From assembly GCA_943367715.1 (NCBI GenBank), contig CALRJY020000023.1, positions 23,264 to 87,263 on the forward strand: a stretch of 64,000 bases of DNA, written 5' to 3'. Positions 26,836-35,544 of the stretch are shown in pieces. A program made the position numbers and the translations under genes. Origin of the DNA: Chitinophaga pinensis (GTDB taxonomy: Bacteria; Verrucomicrobiota; Verrucomicrobiia; Limisphaerales; JAEYXS01). The first letter of the stretch is position 1, and each line of letters opens with the position of its first letter. The notes beneath the pieces are model-generated. The model had not been told where the DNA came from and did not search any database. It saw nothing but the letters and a program-made list of their open reading frames with translations.

Positions 26836-27924
26836 ATGAACGCAGTCTCTGAACTGAAATCCGTCAGTCTCTATTACCGTGAAGGCAGCAGTGACAAGGA
26901 ATACCACGTCCGCATCGAAGAATCTGGCGCTGGCTTCCTCGTCAACTTCGCTTATGGCCGTCGAGGTTCTACCCTCTCCACCGGCACCAAGACTTCCTCA
27001 CCGGTCACTCTTGAAGAAGCTGAGCGCCTCTTCGACAAGCTGGTGAAGGAGAAGAAGGCCAAAGGGTACCGGGAAGGTGAATCCGGCACGCCCTACCACC
27101 AACCCGATGAGGAGGAGAACAAAGAATCCGATATCCACCCGCAATTGCTCAACAGTGTGGATGAAGCGGAAGTCGAACGGCTCCTTGATGATCCGAACTG
27201 GTTCATGCAGGAGAAGCTCGATGGACGCCGGATGCTGCTCGAAAAGACAGGGCGCATGATCATTCCCATCAACAAGAAGGGTTTTGCCATCAGTGCAGCC
27301 GTCACCATCCTGCAATCGGCCGAGAACCTGAAACATGACTGCGTGCTCGATGGAGAGTGCATCGGTGACTACTACTACGCCTTCGATCTCTTGGAGCTGA
27401 AAGGTGAAGACCTCCGTCCCCAGCCATTCGAGAAGCGTTATATCGCCCTGCTCAACCTGTTTGGCGCTTCCCAAATGCGTCATATCCGGCTGGTTGGCTG
27501 TGAAATATCCCGCAAACGTCCCGTGTTCAACGAGCTGAAGGCCAAACGAGCCGAAGGCGTCGTGTTCAAGGACAAGCGTGCGCCCTACGTTGCCGGTCGT
27601 CCAAACAGTGGTGGTACGCAGTTGAAGCACAAGTTCGTAGCTTCCCTGTCTGCCGTCGTCACCACCATCAATGCCCAGCGCAGCGTCACTGTTAGCCTCC
27701 TGGACACCAATACTGGCTGGCATGAAGCTGGCAATGTCACTATCCCGGCCAACCACAAGGTTCCGGCATGTGGCACGGTGGTGGAAGTCCGCTATCTCTA
27801 CGCCTTCACCCAATCCCGCAAGGTGTTCCAGCCGGTCTATCTGGGTGAGCGCAAGGACGTGGATCAGATCGAATGCACCGTGACCCAGCTCAAGTTCAAG
27901 CCTGAGGAGGATGAACGTGAGTAG
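26836..27924 (+). CDS. WGR domain fused to an ATP-dependent DNA ligase
   Basis: The N-terminal ~80 aa (YYREGSSDKEYHVRIEESGAGFLVNFAYGRRGSTL...KLVKEKKAKGYRE) are WGR-like. They are followed by the ligase adenylation motif I EKLDGRRMLL, then GVVFKDKRAPYVAGRP and LKHK. Confidence 0.8.
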   Translation: MNAVSELKSVSLYYREGSSDKEYHVRIEESGAGFLVNFAYGRRGSTLSTGTKTSSPVTLEEAERLFDKLVKEKKAKGYREGESGTPYHQPDEEENKESDIHPQLLNSVDEAEVERLLDDPNWFMQEKLDGRRMLLEKTGRMIIPINKKGFAISAAVTILQSAENLKHDCVLDGECIGDYYYAFDLLELKGEDLRPQPFEKRYIALLNLFGASQMRHIRLVGCEISRKRPVFNELKAKRAEGVVFKDKRAPYVAGRPNSGGTQLKHKFVASLSAVVTTINAQRSVTVSLLDTNTGWHEAGNVTIPANHKVPACGTVVEVRYLYAFTQSRKVFQPVYLGERKDVDQIECTVTQLKFKPEEDERE

Positions 27925-28096
27925 TCTGCTTAACAAACGTCAGGTCAAACAGTTCACCTTGGATATGGCGAAGAAACGGGCTCACCGCTTTACACGTGTG
28001 GGTTCGGACTTCTACCTGAAATGTGAAGCCAACCTGAAAGAGTTCATCCGTCAGTCCGTACAACGTCTGCCATCCAAGGGCAAGACGATCCAGTAG
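27911..28096 (+). CDS. Small hypothetical protein (61 aa)
   Basis: ORF with a GTG start that overlaps the ligase stop. No other support. Confidence 0.3.
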   Translation: MNVSSLLNKRQVKQFTLDMAKKRAHRFTRVGSDFYLKCEANLKEFIRQSVQRLPSKGKTIQ

Positions 28097-28218
28097 TTCT
28101 TCCGCTGTCTCCAACTGGAGACATTCATCCCCCATAACCTCAAACCCATTCCCGCTGGCCTGGCTCTCCATCACGGAGGGCTGGGCTGGCGGTCTTTCGT
28201 TTTAACCCCATCACAATC

Positions 28219-29634
28219 ATGAAAACCATATCCCTATCCGCTTCCGAATTGAAACACGCACTCCTAGGTCTGTCCAAGGTGGTGCCACGCATCTCTCCCT
28301 TACCCGCCTTGCAATCCATCCGCGTCATCCGTGACAAGACGGGTATCGTTTGCTTGCAGGCCACTGATCTCGATGGCTTTGTCACCTACCAGACCGAACA
28401 GCGTCAACCGGGTCCGGAACTCGACTTTCTGGTGCCCTTCGAGCCGCTCAACAAAGAAGCCAAGTCTTCCAAAGAGAGGCTTGAGCTGATCCCCGACAAG
28501 GATCAGGTCATCATCCGGCGTCATCTGGGTGGATCGTATATCGACAAATCCCATGAAAGCCTGCCGGTCAACAAGTTCCCGGCGTTCCCCAGCGTCACCA
28601 CGGAAGGCATTCCTTTCACCCAGGAACTGAATGCAGCCATCAAACAGGCCTTGTCTTGCAGTAGTACAGATAGCAGCCGCCCGGCCTTGAACGGTGCGTG
28701 TCTGGATACGGCGGATGAGAAAGGCCATTATGTGGTGGCTACGGATGCCAAGTCCATCTTCTCGGCGAACTCCTTCAAGTTCGATCTGTCCCGCCCGCTC
28801 ATCATACCCAACGACAAGTTCCTGCTCTGGCCGGGTCTTGATCACAAGGAAGGCACACTGTCCATGGTACCGGCAGGTGAGAAGGACAATCATCCTTCGT
28901 GGATCAAGTTCGAGCTGCGCCCGTGGACCTACATCGCCAAGGAATGCACGGGCACCTATCCCAACTGGAAGCAGTGTGTGCCGGGTGAGCATCTGACCAC
29001 GGTGGATTTCAGTCCTGATACCGTGGCTACCATTCTGCTCACGCTGCCGCATCTGCCGGACAATGATAAGTCGGAGAAGCCCGTGGAGTTGAAGCTGGGC
29101 AAACGTGGGTGCTCGTTGCTGGCTAAGGATACGAACATTCCTCTCACTGGCATCACCATCGACGGTCCCGACCAGCACATCAAACTGAACCGCAACTATC
29201 TGGCCCAGGCCTTGCGCTTCGGCCTGCATCATCTGGGACTCACCGACAATGTTACGCCCGTCACCTTCTCCAAGGAAGGCAAACGGCTGGTGGTGATGGT
29301 GCTGCGCCCGGATAACTACCAGGCTCCGGCTGACCAAGCGCCGGAACCGGTCACCCCTCAACCCTCGCCGGCTAATGAAACTCCGGCACAAACCCAAGAA
29401 ACCGAAAAACCCATGGCCTCTGAAACCAAATCCACGACCACAGCCCCGACTCCCATCATAGAAGACGTGCTTACCCGCGTCTCCACATTGAAGGATAACC
29501 TGAAAGACTTCCTGCGTGATCTTCAGGAGATCCATTCGCTCCTGAAGCAAGTGGAGAAGGAGAAGAAGGCCACTGACAAGGAGGTCGAAACTGTGCGGGC
29601 CAAGCTTCGCGAGATCCAATCCGTGAAGATCTAA
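28219..29634 (+). CDS. DNA polymerase III beta sliding-clamp homolog with a ~100-aa disordered/coiled C-terminal extension
   Basis: The N-terminus LSASELKHALLGLSKVVPRISPLPALQSIRVIRDKTGIVCLQATDLDGFV mirrors the DnaN pattern L..L..v....r...P.L..i......g.l.l.aTDl. The total length of 471 aa exceeds the ~370 aa typical of DnaN. Confidence 0.65.
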   Translation: MKTISLSASELKHALLGLSKVVPRISPLPALQSIRVIRDKTGIVCLQATDLDGFVTYQTEQRQPGPELDFLVPFEPLNKEAKSSKERLELIPDKDQVIIRRHLGGSYIDKSHESLPVNKFPAFPSVTTEGIPFTQELNAAIKQALSCSSTDSSRPALNGACLDTADEKGHYVVATDAKSIFSANSFKFDLSRPLIIPNDKFLLWPGLDHKEGTLSMVPAGEKDNHPSWIKFELRPWTYIAKECTGTYPNWKQCVPGEHLTTVDFSPDTVATILLTLPHLPDNDKSEKPVELKLGKRGCSLLAKDTNIPLTGITIDGPDQHIKLNRNYLAQALRFGLHHLGLTDNVTPVTFSKEGKRLVVMVLRPDNYQAPADQAPEPVTPQPSPANETPAQTQETEKPMASETKSTTTAPTPIIEDVLTRVSTLKDNLKDFLRDLQEIHSLLKQVEKEKKATDKEVETVRAKLREIQSVKI

Positions 29635-29650
29635 CCATCCACCACCATGG

Positions 29651-29690
29651 AGAGTCTGTCAGCTAATCACTGGCAGGCTCTTCTCATTTT
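29651..29690 (+). terminator. Probable terminator hairpin
   Basis: 12-bp stem (29651-29662 / 29670-29681, including 2 G-U pairs), a 7-nt loop, then TCTCATTTT. Confidence 0.45.
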
Positions 29691-29708
29691 CATCCGAAAG
29701 GAATCTGT

Positions 29709-29876
29709 ATGCATAAAAACAACGGCGAGCTGATCTGGACATTAGTTGCCCTGACCATCATCGCCGCCATCCTCACCCAAATCTGGACCTATGTGGTGGG
29801 GGGCCTTGCGTTACTGGGAGCCTACTACGCTTTCCAACGCTGGCATCCACCCGGTCCACCCAACCGAAGAAACTAA
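29709..29876 (+). CDS. Small membrane protein (55 aa, below the track cutoff)
   Basis: Hand translation gives MHKNNGELIWTLVALTIIAAILTQIWTYVVGGLALLGAYYAFQRWHPPGPPNRRN. The stop TAA overlaps the next ATG (TAATG). Confidence 0.4.
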   Translation: MHKNNGELIWTLVALTIIAAILTQIWTYVVGGLALLGAYYAFQRWHPPGPPNRRN

Positions 29877-30877
29877 TGAACCAACTATTACCCCTGCTCA
29901 CCCGCGAAGGCATGCTCATCAAGGCATCCATATCGTTCTGGCGTGGGCACAAGAAACTCAAAGCCGAAGATCTGGGACTCAAAAGCCAGGATGTTTCTGA
30001 CCGTCTCATCAGTCTTGGCCACAAACGTCTGCTGCCCAAGGAATCGTTATCCGCGTTGTCCCTTGTTGAATCCCGCACTCATGCCTTGATCGAACACAAT
30101 ACCTTCCCGTTCCTGCATGGGTTGGGTCATTTCCTGCCTAATGCCAAGATGCCGGAGATCCTGGAACAACTCCATGAACTCGAAGCTCAGTTCTGGTCAG
30201 CTAAAGAGGAGTTTTTGCACAGTTACGCAGAACTCCGCCAACGGGCTGCTGGTGAATGGGCTGCTATGGCTGGGAAACTGGTGGAAGATCCTGACCGGTT
30301 AGTGGCAAGCATTGAAGCTTCGTTCCCGTATCCGCAACACATGGACCGTTACTATGGCTTCAACACCCACCTGTTCCAGATCCAGCTCCCAGAATCATTG
30401 GAGGCAGAGTTGTTGACCACGGCGGAACAACAAGCAGTCATCCAATCACGGCAACACGCTGCCCGTGAAGCTGGACTGAAGATCCGGCGGGAGGTGGAGC
30501 AGTTCGTCGGTGAGTGTGTGGCTTCATTGCGCGAGCAGACCGCCCAACTCTGTGACGACATGTTGCACAGTATCCGCAACAGTGAAACCGGCGTGCATCA
30601 GAAAACCCTTAACCGCCTGATCCGTTTCATCGACCAGTTCAAACAGATGAACTTCGCTGATGATACTGTTATGGAACGGCAGTTGGAATCTGTGCGGCAA
30701 GAGTTGCTTGGTCGGACTGCTGAAGAGTATCGCGACAGCAAGTATGCCCGACAGAAGCTCGTCAGTGGCCTCACCCAGCTATCCCAACAAGCCCGAGAAC
30801 TGGCCAAACAGGATGCTGGTGAGCTTGTGCAACGGTTCGGACAGATGGGTAACCGCAAGTTCCATCTTGCCGCTTAA
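29876..30877 (+). CDS. Hypothetical protein (333 aa), largely alpha-helical
   Basis: Long ORF that is translationally coupled upstream and followed by a strong terminator. I cannot assign a family with confidence. Confidence 0.6.
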   Translation: MNQLLPLLTREGMLIKASISFWRGHKKLKAEDLGLKSQDVSDRLISLGHKRLLPKESLSALSLVESRTHALIEHNTFPFLHGLGHFLPNAKMPEILEQLHELEAQFWSAKEEFLHSYAELRQRAAGEWAAMAGKLVEDPDRLVASIEASFPYPQHMDRYYGFNTHLFQIQLPESLEAELLTTAEQQAVIQSRQHAAREAGLKIRREVEQFVGECVASLREQTAQLCDDMLHSIRNSETGVHQKTLNRLIRFIDQFKQMNFADDTVMERQLESVRQELLGRTAEEYRDSKYARQKLVSGLTQLSQQARELAKQDAGELVQRFGQMGNRKFHLAA

Positions 30878-30881
30878 TCAG

Positions 30882-30922
30882 GACACAGGGCTATCGAATC
30901 CCTCCATGGCCCTGTGTCTTTT
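30882..30922 (+). terminator. Rho-independent terminator
   Basis: Perfect 10-bp stem GACACAGGGC / GCCCTGTGTC (30882-30891 / 30909-30918) followed by TTTT. Confidence 0.6.
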
Positions 30923-30964
30923 CCTGCAACCCAGCAGCACTATTTCAGGCATTGCCCGCCTGAA

Positions 30965-31210
30965 TTACTTGGTCCCCTTCTTTCCCGTATAAGGATTCAC
31001 ATTTCCTTTGGTGGACCAGTTGTTCTTCGGATTGGAATCCGGCGTTGAACGCTGGTGAGGAGACACGTAGGTGCCATTCTTGGTGGTATAGCCTCCCACG
31101 CTCGTTGACCCAGACTTAGACCCCGTGCCAGTCGCAGGTTTGTATCCGTCAGCAGCAAAAGCAGAAAATGCGAGGCTGAGACTGAGGCAGAGGAGCAAGA
31201 GGATCTTCAT
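30965..31210 (-). CDS. Small secreted protein (81 aa)
   Basis: Signal peptide MKILLLLCLSLSLAFSAFA followed by a Gly/Ser/Thr/Lys-rich mature part. It is the only minus-strand gene in this block. Confidence 0.55.
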   Translation of the reverse strand: MKILLLLCLSLSLAFSAFAADGYKPATGTGSKSGSTSVGGYTTKNGTYVSPHQRSTPDSNPKNNWSTKGNVNPYTGKKGTK

Positions 31211-31321
31211 TGGTCGACGCTAGACCTATCCCAAGGCGGGTCAACGTAAATTTCCTAAAATTGAAATCAATTTCAGGCAAAGCTCCGCCTTTCAAGGAGC
31301 ACCACCCAAAAACTCAATCTT

Positions 31322-31759
31322 ATGGCCGACTCCTACACCAAGTTCAGTCTCATTCTTAAATTGCCTGATATCGCTTCACAACAATATGCCTTGGCTCTCA
31401 ACGCCAAAGCCCATTCGCTCACCACTGGAGAAGACGTTCCCGGAGAGATCCCGGAATCTCTCCATCATTGGCTTGAGGAATGGATCTTCACCACCCGGCC
31501 CAGCGGCAATGAACTGGAGCCGGCCATCTGGATCTACTCGGAAGATGGTGGCGTAGATGCTGCCTGTGAATTCATCCACCACCTCCTTAAGAAGTTCAAC
31601 CTTGAAGGCTATGTCGCTTTCGAGTGGTCACACGATTGCAGCAAACCACTCGTAGACGCCTACGGTGGTGGTGCTGCCTTCATCACCGCAGATGACATCC
31701 ATACCATGAGCACTTGGGAATGGATCATCGAGAAATCACGTCAGTGCTCTCAACCCTAA
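31322..31759 (+). CDS. Hypothetical protein (145 aa), first gene of an 8-gene operon
   Basis: ORF followed by the next gene after a 9-nt gap. No motif recognised. Confidence 0.55.
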   Translation: MADSYTKFSLILKLPDIASQQYALALNAKAHSLTTGEDVPGEIPESLHHWLEEWIFTTRPSGNELEPAIWIYSEDGGVDAACEFIHHLLKKFNLEGYVAFEWSHDCSKPLVDAYGGGAAFITADDIHTMSTWEWIIEKSRQCSQP

Positions 31760-31768
31760 TAACCCACT

Positions 31769-32152
31769 ATGTCTGATAGATGTTTCATGGAACTCACCTG
31801 CCGTCGCGAAGACCTCGACCGTTTCACGGAGCTTGGCTTTCACACATGGGGCGAGGATGACGGTGCCCCTATCGTCGAACTCACTGATGAAGAAGCCAAC
31901 TTCGGACACTCAGATACCCTGCCCTCTGATGTTCCGTTCTTTGCTTCTCACGGATCGGGCGACAACTACGGCCCTCACCTGATCGCATGTGACGGCAAGC
32001 GGTTCATCGACATCCCCGGCGACAATCACAACTTCGAGATCGACTGGGACTATCAAACCAACAGTCCCACCTCTGAAAGCATCGCCCAAATCCGGGAATA
32101 CCTCGCAGTCAAAGTTACTGCTGAAGCCATCCTGACAGGTCAACTCGTCTGA
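31769..32152 (+). CDS. Hypothetical protein (127 aa)
   Basis: ORF with 9-nt and 24-nt gaps to its neighbours. Confidence 0.55.
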   Translation: MSDRCFMELTCRREDLDRFTELGFHTWGEDDGAPIVELTDEEANFGHSDTLPSDVPFFASHGSGDNYGPHLIACDGKRFIDIPGDNHNFEIDWDYQTNSPTSESIAQIREYLAVKVTAEAILTGQLV

Positions 32153-32176
32153 CACTCAACCAACAACCCTAAACAC

Positions 32177-32554
32177 ATGTCCCACTTCACCACCATCAAT
32201 ACCCAGATCAAAGACGTCACAGCTTTGCGTGCCGCCGTGAATGAGATTGGTCTCGAACTTCTCTCCGACACCGAGGCTCGCGGGTTCTCCACCATGAAAA
32301 CCCGTGGCGCTTATGTCATCCGGCTTAAAGGTCCGTATGACATCGCCGTGAACAAGCAACCTGACGGCACCTTCGGTCTCACCACCGATTGGTTTGCCGG
32401 TTATGTGGAGAAGGAGGTAGGCCCTAACTATGGCCGTCTCCTGCAATTGTACGCTGTCCACAAGACCACCCAGGAAGCCCGGAAGAAAGGTTTCCTGGTC
32501 CAACGTAAACAGCAACCCAACGGCTCCATCAAACTCGTGATCGAAACCGTATGA
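32177..32554 (+). CDS. DUF1257 (Ycf35-like) protein
   Basis: MSHFTTINTQIKDVTALRAAVNEIGLEL... matches my memory of the DUF1257 N-terminal signature (MSHFs.i.T.i.d...L..AL.dLG). The stop overlaps the next start. Confidence 0.7.
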   Translation: MSHFTTINTQIKDVTALRAAVNEIGLELLSDTEARGFSTMKTRGAYVIRLKGPYDIAVNKQPDGTFGLTTDWFAGYVEKEVGPNYGRLLQLYAVHKTTQEARKKGFLVQRKQQPNGSIKLVIETV

Positions 32555-32739
32555 AACCCTCCATCACCGTAGAAGTGTCTCCCACTGGAGAGATTCAAAT
32601 CGAAGGCCACGGTTTCAAAGGTCCGGAGTGTGAAACAGCTACCCGGTTCCTCGAAGAAGCCTTGGGTATCGTCCGCGCCAAACAAAAGAAGCCGGAGTAC
32701 AACCAAACCGCCACCACTAAACTGAAACAACCCACTTGA
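32551..32739 (+). CDS. DUF2997 protein
   Basis: 62 aa. ITVEVSPTGEIQIEGHGFKGPECETATRFLEEALG is the pattern I associate with DUF2997. Overlaps both neighbours by 4 nt. Confidence 0.65.
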   Translation: MKPSITVEVSPTGEIQIEGHGFKGPECETATRFLEEALGIVRAKQKKPEYNQTATTKLKQPT

Positions 32740-33449
32740 ACGAACCAGAACTCGCCCTGACCAACCCAGCCAAGCCACCCGTCGCCTTCTTTAAGCACGG
32801 GTGGCTTGTTCCTTATCTGCTCTCCGTCGATGAAGACACCTGGAGGCGCTGGAAGCATTGGTATGACATGATGCTCGCCGAAGATCTCATCGGTCCTATC
32901 CCCCAGATCCAATGGCAGAAGCATCCCTCCGCCCGTAAGATGCTCGAACAATCCCTGGCAGCAATTACCCGCAATGGTGACTGGACTGGCTGGGGATCAT
33001 GGCGCTGCATCGATTACCTGTTCGACTGGCTGCTCTTTGGCTTCGGTCATAGCAGCCAGACTGAACTGCCCCAGGAACCCGAGGAAGGTGCCTGCGAACG
33101 TCTCTACCAGGCATTCAATCTCGGCTACCTGCTCACCTATCCTCATGACTACTTCGGCGACATCCTGGCTGATAACCGTCATGGCCGTCAGTTGGGTTTC
33201 TTCCCGACACCCATGGATATCGTACAGTTGATGATCGAGATGAACTTGGGTGGGGAGGATTGCCGAAAGAAGAGTGTCTATGATCCAGCCGTAGGAACCG
33301 GTCGCATGCTTCTGTGTGCTTCCAACCATTCCTACCGGCTCTATGGCAATGATGTGAACCTGACTGTCATCAAGGCCACCCTCATCAACGGGTATCTCTA
33401 TGCTCCCTGGCTGGTGAAACCCTTCCCCTTCTTATGCAAATCACCCTGA
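32736..33449 (+). CDS. N6-adenine-methyltransferase-like SAM-binding protein lacking catalytic motif IV
   Basis: GFFPTPMDIVQLMIEM (motif X-like), VYDPAVGTGRMLL (motif I) and LYGNDVN. The ORF ends about 40 aa later with no (N/D)PP(Y/F/W) motif. TTG start overlaps the upstream stop. Confidence 0.6.
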   Translation: MNEPELALTNPAKPPVAFFKHGWLVPYLLSVDEDTWRRWKHWYDMMLAEDLIGPIPQIQWQKHPSARKMLEQSLAAITRNGDWTGWGSWRCIDYLFDWLLFGFGHSSQTELPQEPEEGACERLYQAFNLGYLLTYPHDYFGDILADNRHGRQLGFFPTPMDIVQLMIEMNLGGEDCRKKSVYDPAVGTGRMLLCASNHSYRLYGNDVNLTVIKATLINGYLYAPWLVKPFPFLCKSP

Positions 33450-33661
33450 CGTTTAACGAACAAGGCATCGGCCACGGCCTCTACACTGAGGCGATTCCCC
33501 TTCACACAATAGGCACGCTCCAGATGGCTCGTGCTTCATCAATCGAGTTCAACCCCACCAGCCAGCAATGGGAGGTTCGGGATACTGAAGACAACCTTCT
33601 GTATGCCGATCCTTCCCGTCAGCTGTGCCTTCAATGGGAATCCGATCACTTCAACCGATGA
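33434..33661 (+). CDS. Hypothetical protein (75 aa)
   Basis: ORF that overlaps the upstream gene by 16 nt and the downstream gene by 4 nt (ATGA). Confidence 0.45.
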   Translation: MQITLTFNEQGIGHGLYTEAIPLHTIGTLQMARASSIEFNPTSQQWEVRDTEDNLLYADPSRQLCLQWESDHFNR

Positions 33662-33945
33662 AACCAATAACACGGGTTTGGACGTTCCCCTCAGACTCCA
33701 ACCCCTCAACCGAATACCAGACTTTGCAGTACAGCGATGGGTCCACCTCCTGTAACTGCAAAGGCTGGACCCGTCGCACTGCCCTAGACGGTTCACGCTC
33801 CTGCAAACATACCCGGCTGGTGGATATGAACCGGGCAGACAGTCAATGTTCTGCCTCCCGTTACTACCGACCACAACCCCCTAAACCGAATGCCCAAACC
33901 AAAATCAAAACCGTCAGACTCGGTCAACGCCGTATTGTTGTCTGA
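33658..33945 (+). CDS. SWIM-type zinc-finger protein
   Basis: ATG at 33658 (MKPITRVW). CNCKGWTRRTALDGSRSCKHTRL fits CxCx(n)CxH. The track ORF 33625-33945 is this frame extended upstream. Confidence 0.6.
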   Translation: MKPITRVWTFPSDSNPSTEYQTLQYSDGSTSCNCKGWTRRTALDGSRSCKHTRLVDMNRADSQCSASRYYRPQPPKPNAQTKIKTVRLGQRRIVV

Positions 33946-35440
33946 TACAGCTCAACAAATCATCTCCTACCTCCGTGCTGGTTATCCTGGACTGTATATC
34001 GTCTCCCCGGAAGAACAGCGGGTGGAGGCGGAGTTTCAATCGATCGCCCAACATCTCAAGTTCAGTTTGTCAGCCTGGTCGATAGTGTCCGGGTTGGTGG
34101 ATGTCGAAACAGGCCAATCCCGTAACTGTGCTGATCCCATGGAGGTGCTGGAGGCGGTTCCGGAACTGAAGGAGCAATCAATCGTGCTGCTGAAAGACTT
34201 CCACCTGTTCCTGACTGACCCGAATCCCCTGCTCCTTAGAAAGTTCAAAGACTGCTTGTTGGTAGCGAAAACCAGACAGACACCCTTAATCATATTGGGT
34301 TGTCGCTTGTGTCTGCCACCTGAACTGGAACGCGAACTCACTGTCATCGAGTTCCATCTGCCGGATAAAGAAGCGCTGAAAACAGTTTACCATGGTGTAA
34401 TGGATTCGGCTGGCATCACCTCAGTAACGGTGGATGAACGCGAGAAGGCCGTGGAAGCTGCTTGTGGATTGACTACCATGGAAGCTGAGAACGCCTTTGC
34501 CTTGTCGGTGGTGAAGACGAAAACGATCTGCCCTACCGTAGTTGCCCGTGAAAAAGCTCAAGCGGTGAAACGGAATGGCTTGCTGGAAATCGTTGAATCA
34601 AAGGAATCACTGGAAAGCATCGGCGGGTTGGATTGCCTGAAAACTTGGCTGATCCAACGACGCCAAGCCTTCAGCCCCAAAGCATCAGCCTATCGTCTGC
34701 CTACGCCCAAGGGATTACTTATCATCGGAATTCCCGGCACTGGCAAATCCCTGACAGCCAAAGCAACAGCTCAAGTGTTTGGCGTTCCCTTGCTGAAACT
34801 GGATGCTGGCCGAATCTTTGGTGGTTTGGTTGGTCAATCCGAAGCCAATCTGAGAACTGTCATTCAGACAGCCGAAGCGATAGCGCCCTGTTGCCTGTGG
34901 ATCGATGAGTTGGAGAAAGCGTTTAGTGGCGTCAAATCTGGCTCTACTGACGGAGGCACTTCATCAAGGGTGTTCGGTTCACTCATCAACTGGTTGCAGG
35001 AGAAGACCAAGCCGGTGTTTGTCGTCGCCACTGCCAATGACATCAGCCAGCTACCCCCTGAACTGTTGAGGAAAGGCAGGTTCGACGAGATCTTCTTCGT
35101 CGATCTGCCCAACCATCAGGAACGTGCAGCTATCTGGCAGATCGTGGTTGAGAGGTTTGGCCGGAAGGCTGCTGAATATGACATCGACCAACTCAGCAGG
35201 GCCACTGAAGGTTTTACCGGCAGTGAGATCGAGGCGGTGTTTGTGGAGTCGTTGTTTGTGGCGTTTGAGTTGTCCAGGGAACCCTCTGACCTAGATATTG
35301 CTGGGGTTATCAACGGGATGGTACCGCTGTCGCAGACCATGGCAGAATCGATCAAATCTCTGAAGCAATGGTCTAGTGGTCGGGCTCGGTCTGCTACCTC
35401 ACCTGTCAGTTCCTCATCAACAAGGAAGCTGGCGGTGTGA
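33890..35440 (+). CDS. AAA+ ATPase (classic AAA clade, Ycf46/CDC48-like single module) with a ~250-aa N-terminal domain
   Basis: Walker A GIPGTGKSLTAKA, Walker B CCLWIDELEKAF, and the second region of homology VVATANDISQLPPELLRKGRFDEIFFVDLP. Confidence 0.9.
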   Translation: MPKPKSKPSDSVNAVLLSDTAQQIISYLRAGYPGLYIVSPEEQRVEAEFQSIAQHLKFSLSAWSIVSGLVDVETGQSRNCADPMEVLEAVPELKEQSIVLLKDFHLFLTDPNPLLLRKFKDCLLVAKTRQTPLIILGCRLCLPPELERELTVIEFHLPDKEALKTVYHGVMDSAGITSVTVDEREKAVEAACGLTTMEAENAFALSVVKTKTICPTVVAREKAQAVKRNGLLEIVESKESLESIGGLDCLKTWLIQRRQAFSPKASAYRLPTPKGLLIIGIPGTGKSLTAKATAQVFGVPLLKLDAGRIFGGLVGQSEANLRTVIQTAEAIAPCCLWIDELEKAFSGVKSGSTDGGTSSRVFGSLINWLQEKTKPVFVVATANDISQLPPELLRKGRFDEIFFVDLPNHQERAAIWQIVVERFGRKAAEYDIDQLSRATEGFTGSEIEAVFVESLFVAFELSREPSDLDIAGVINGMVPLSQTMAESIKSLKQWSSGRARSATSPVSSSSTRKLAV

Positions 35441-35544
35441 GGGGCAAGGAAAGGGGTTCACTCGGTGGATTCCTTTTCTTTAGGTATGACCCAGCCGTAT
35501 CCATGTAAGACTGTTCTGGCTGCTTGAGCACCTTCTGCACCGCT

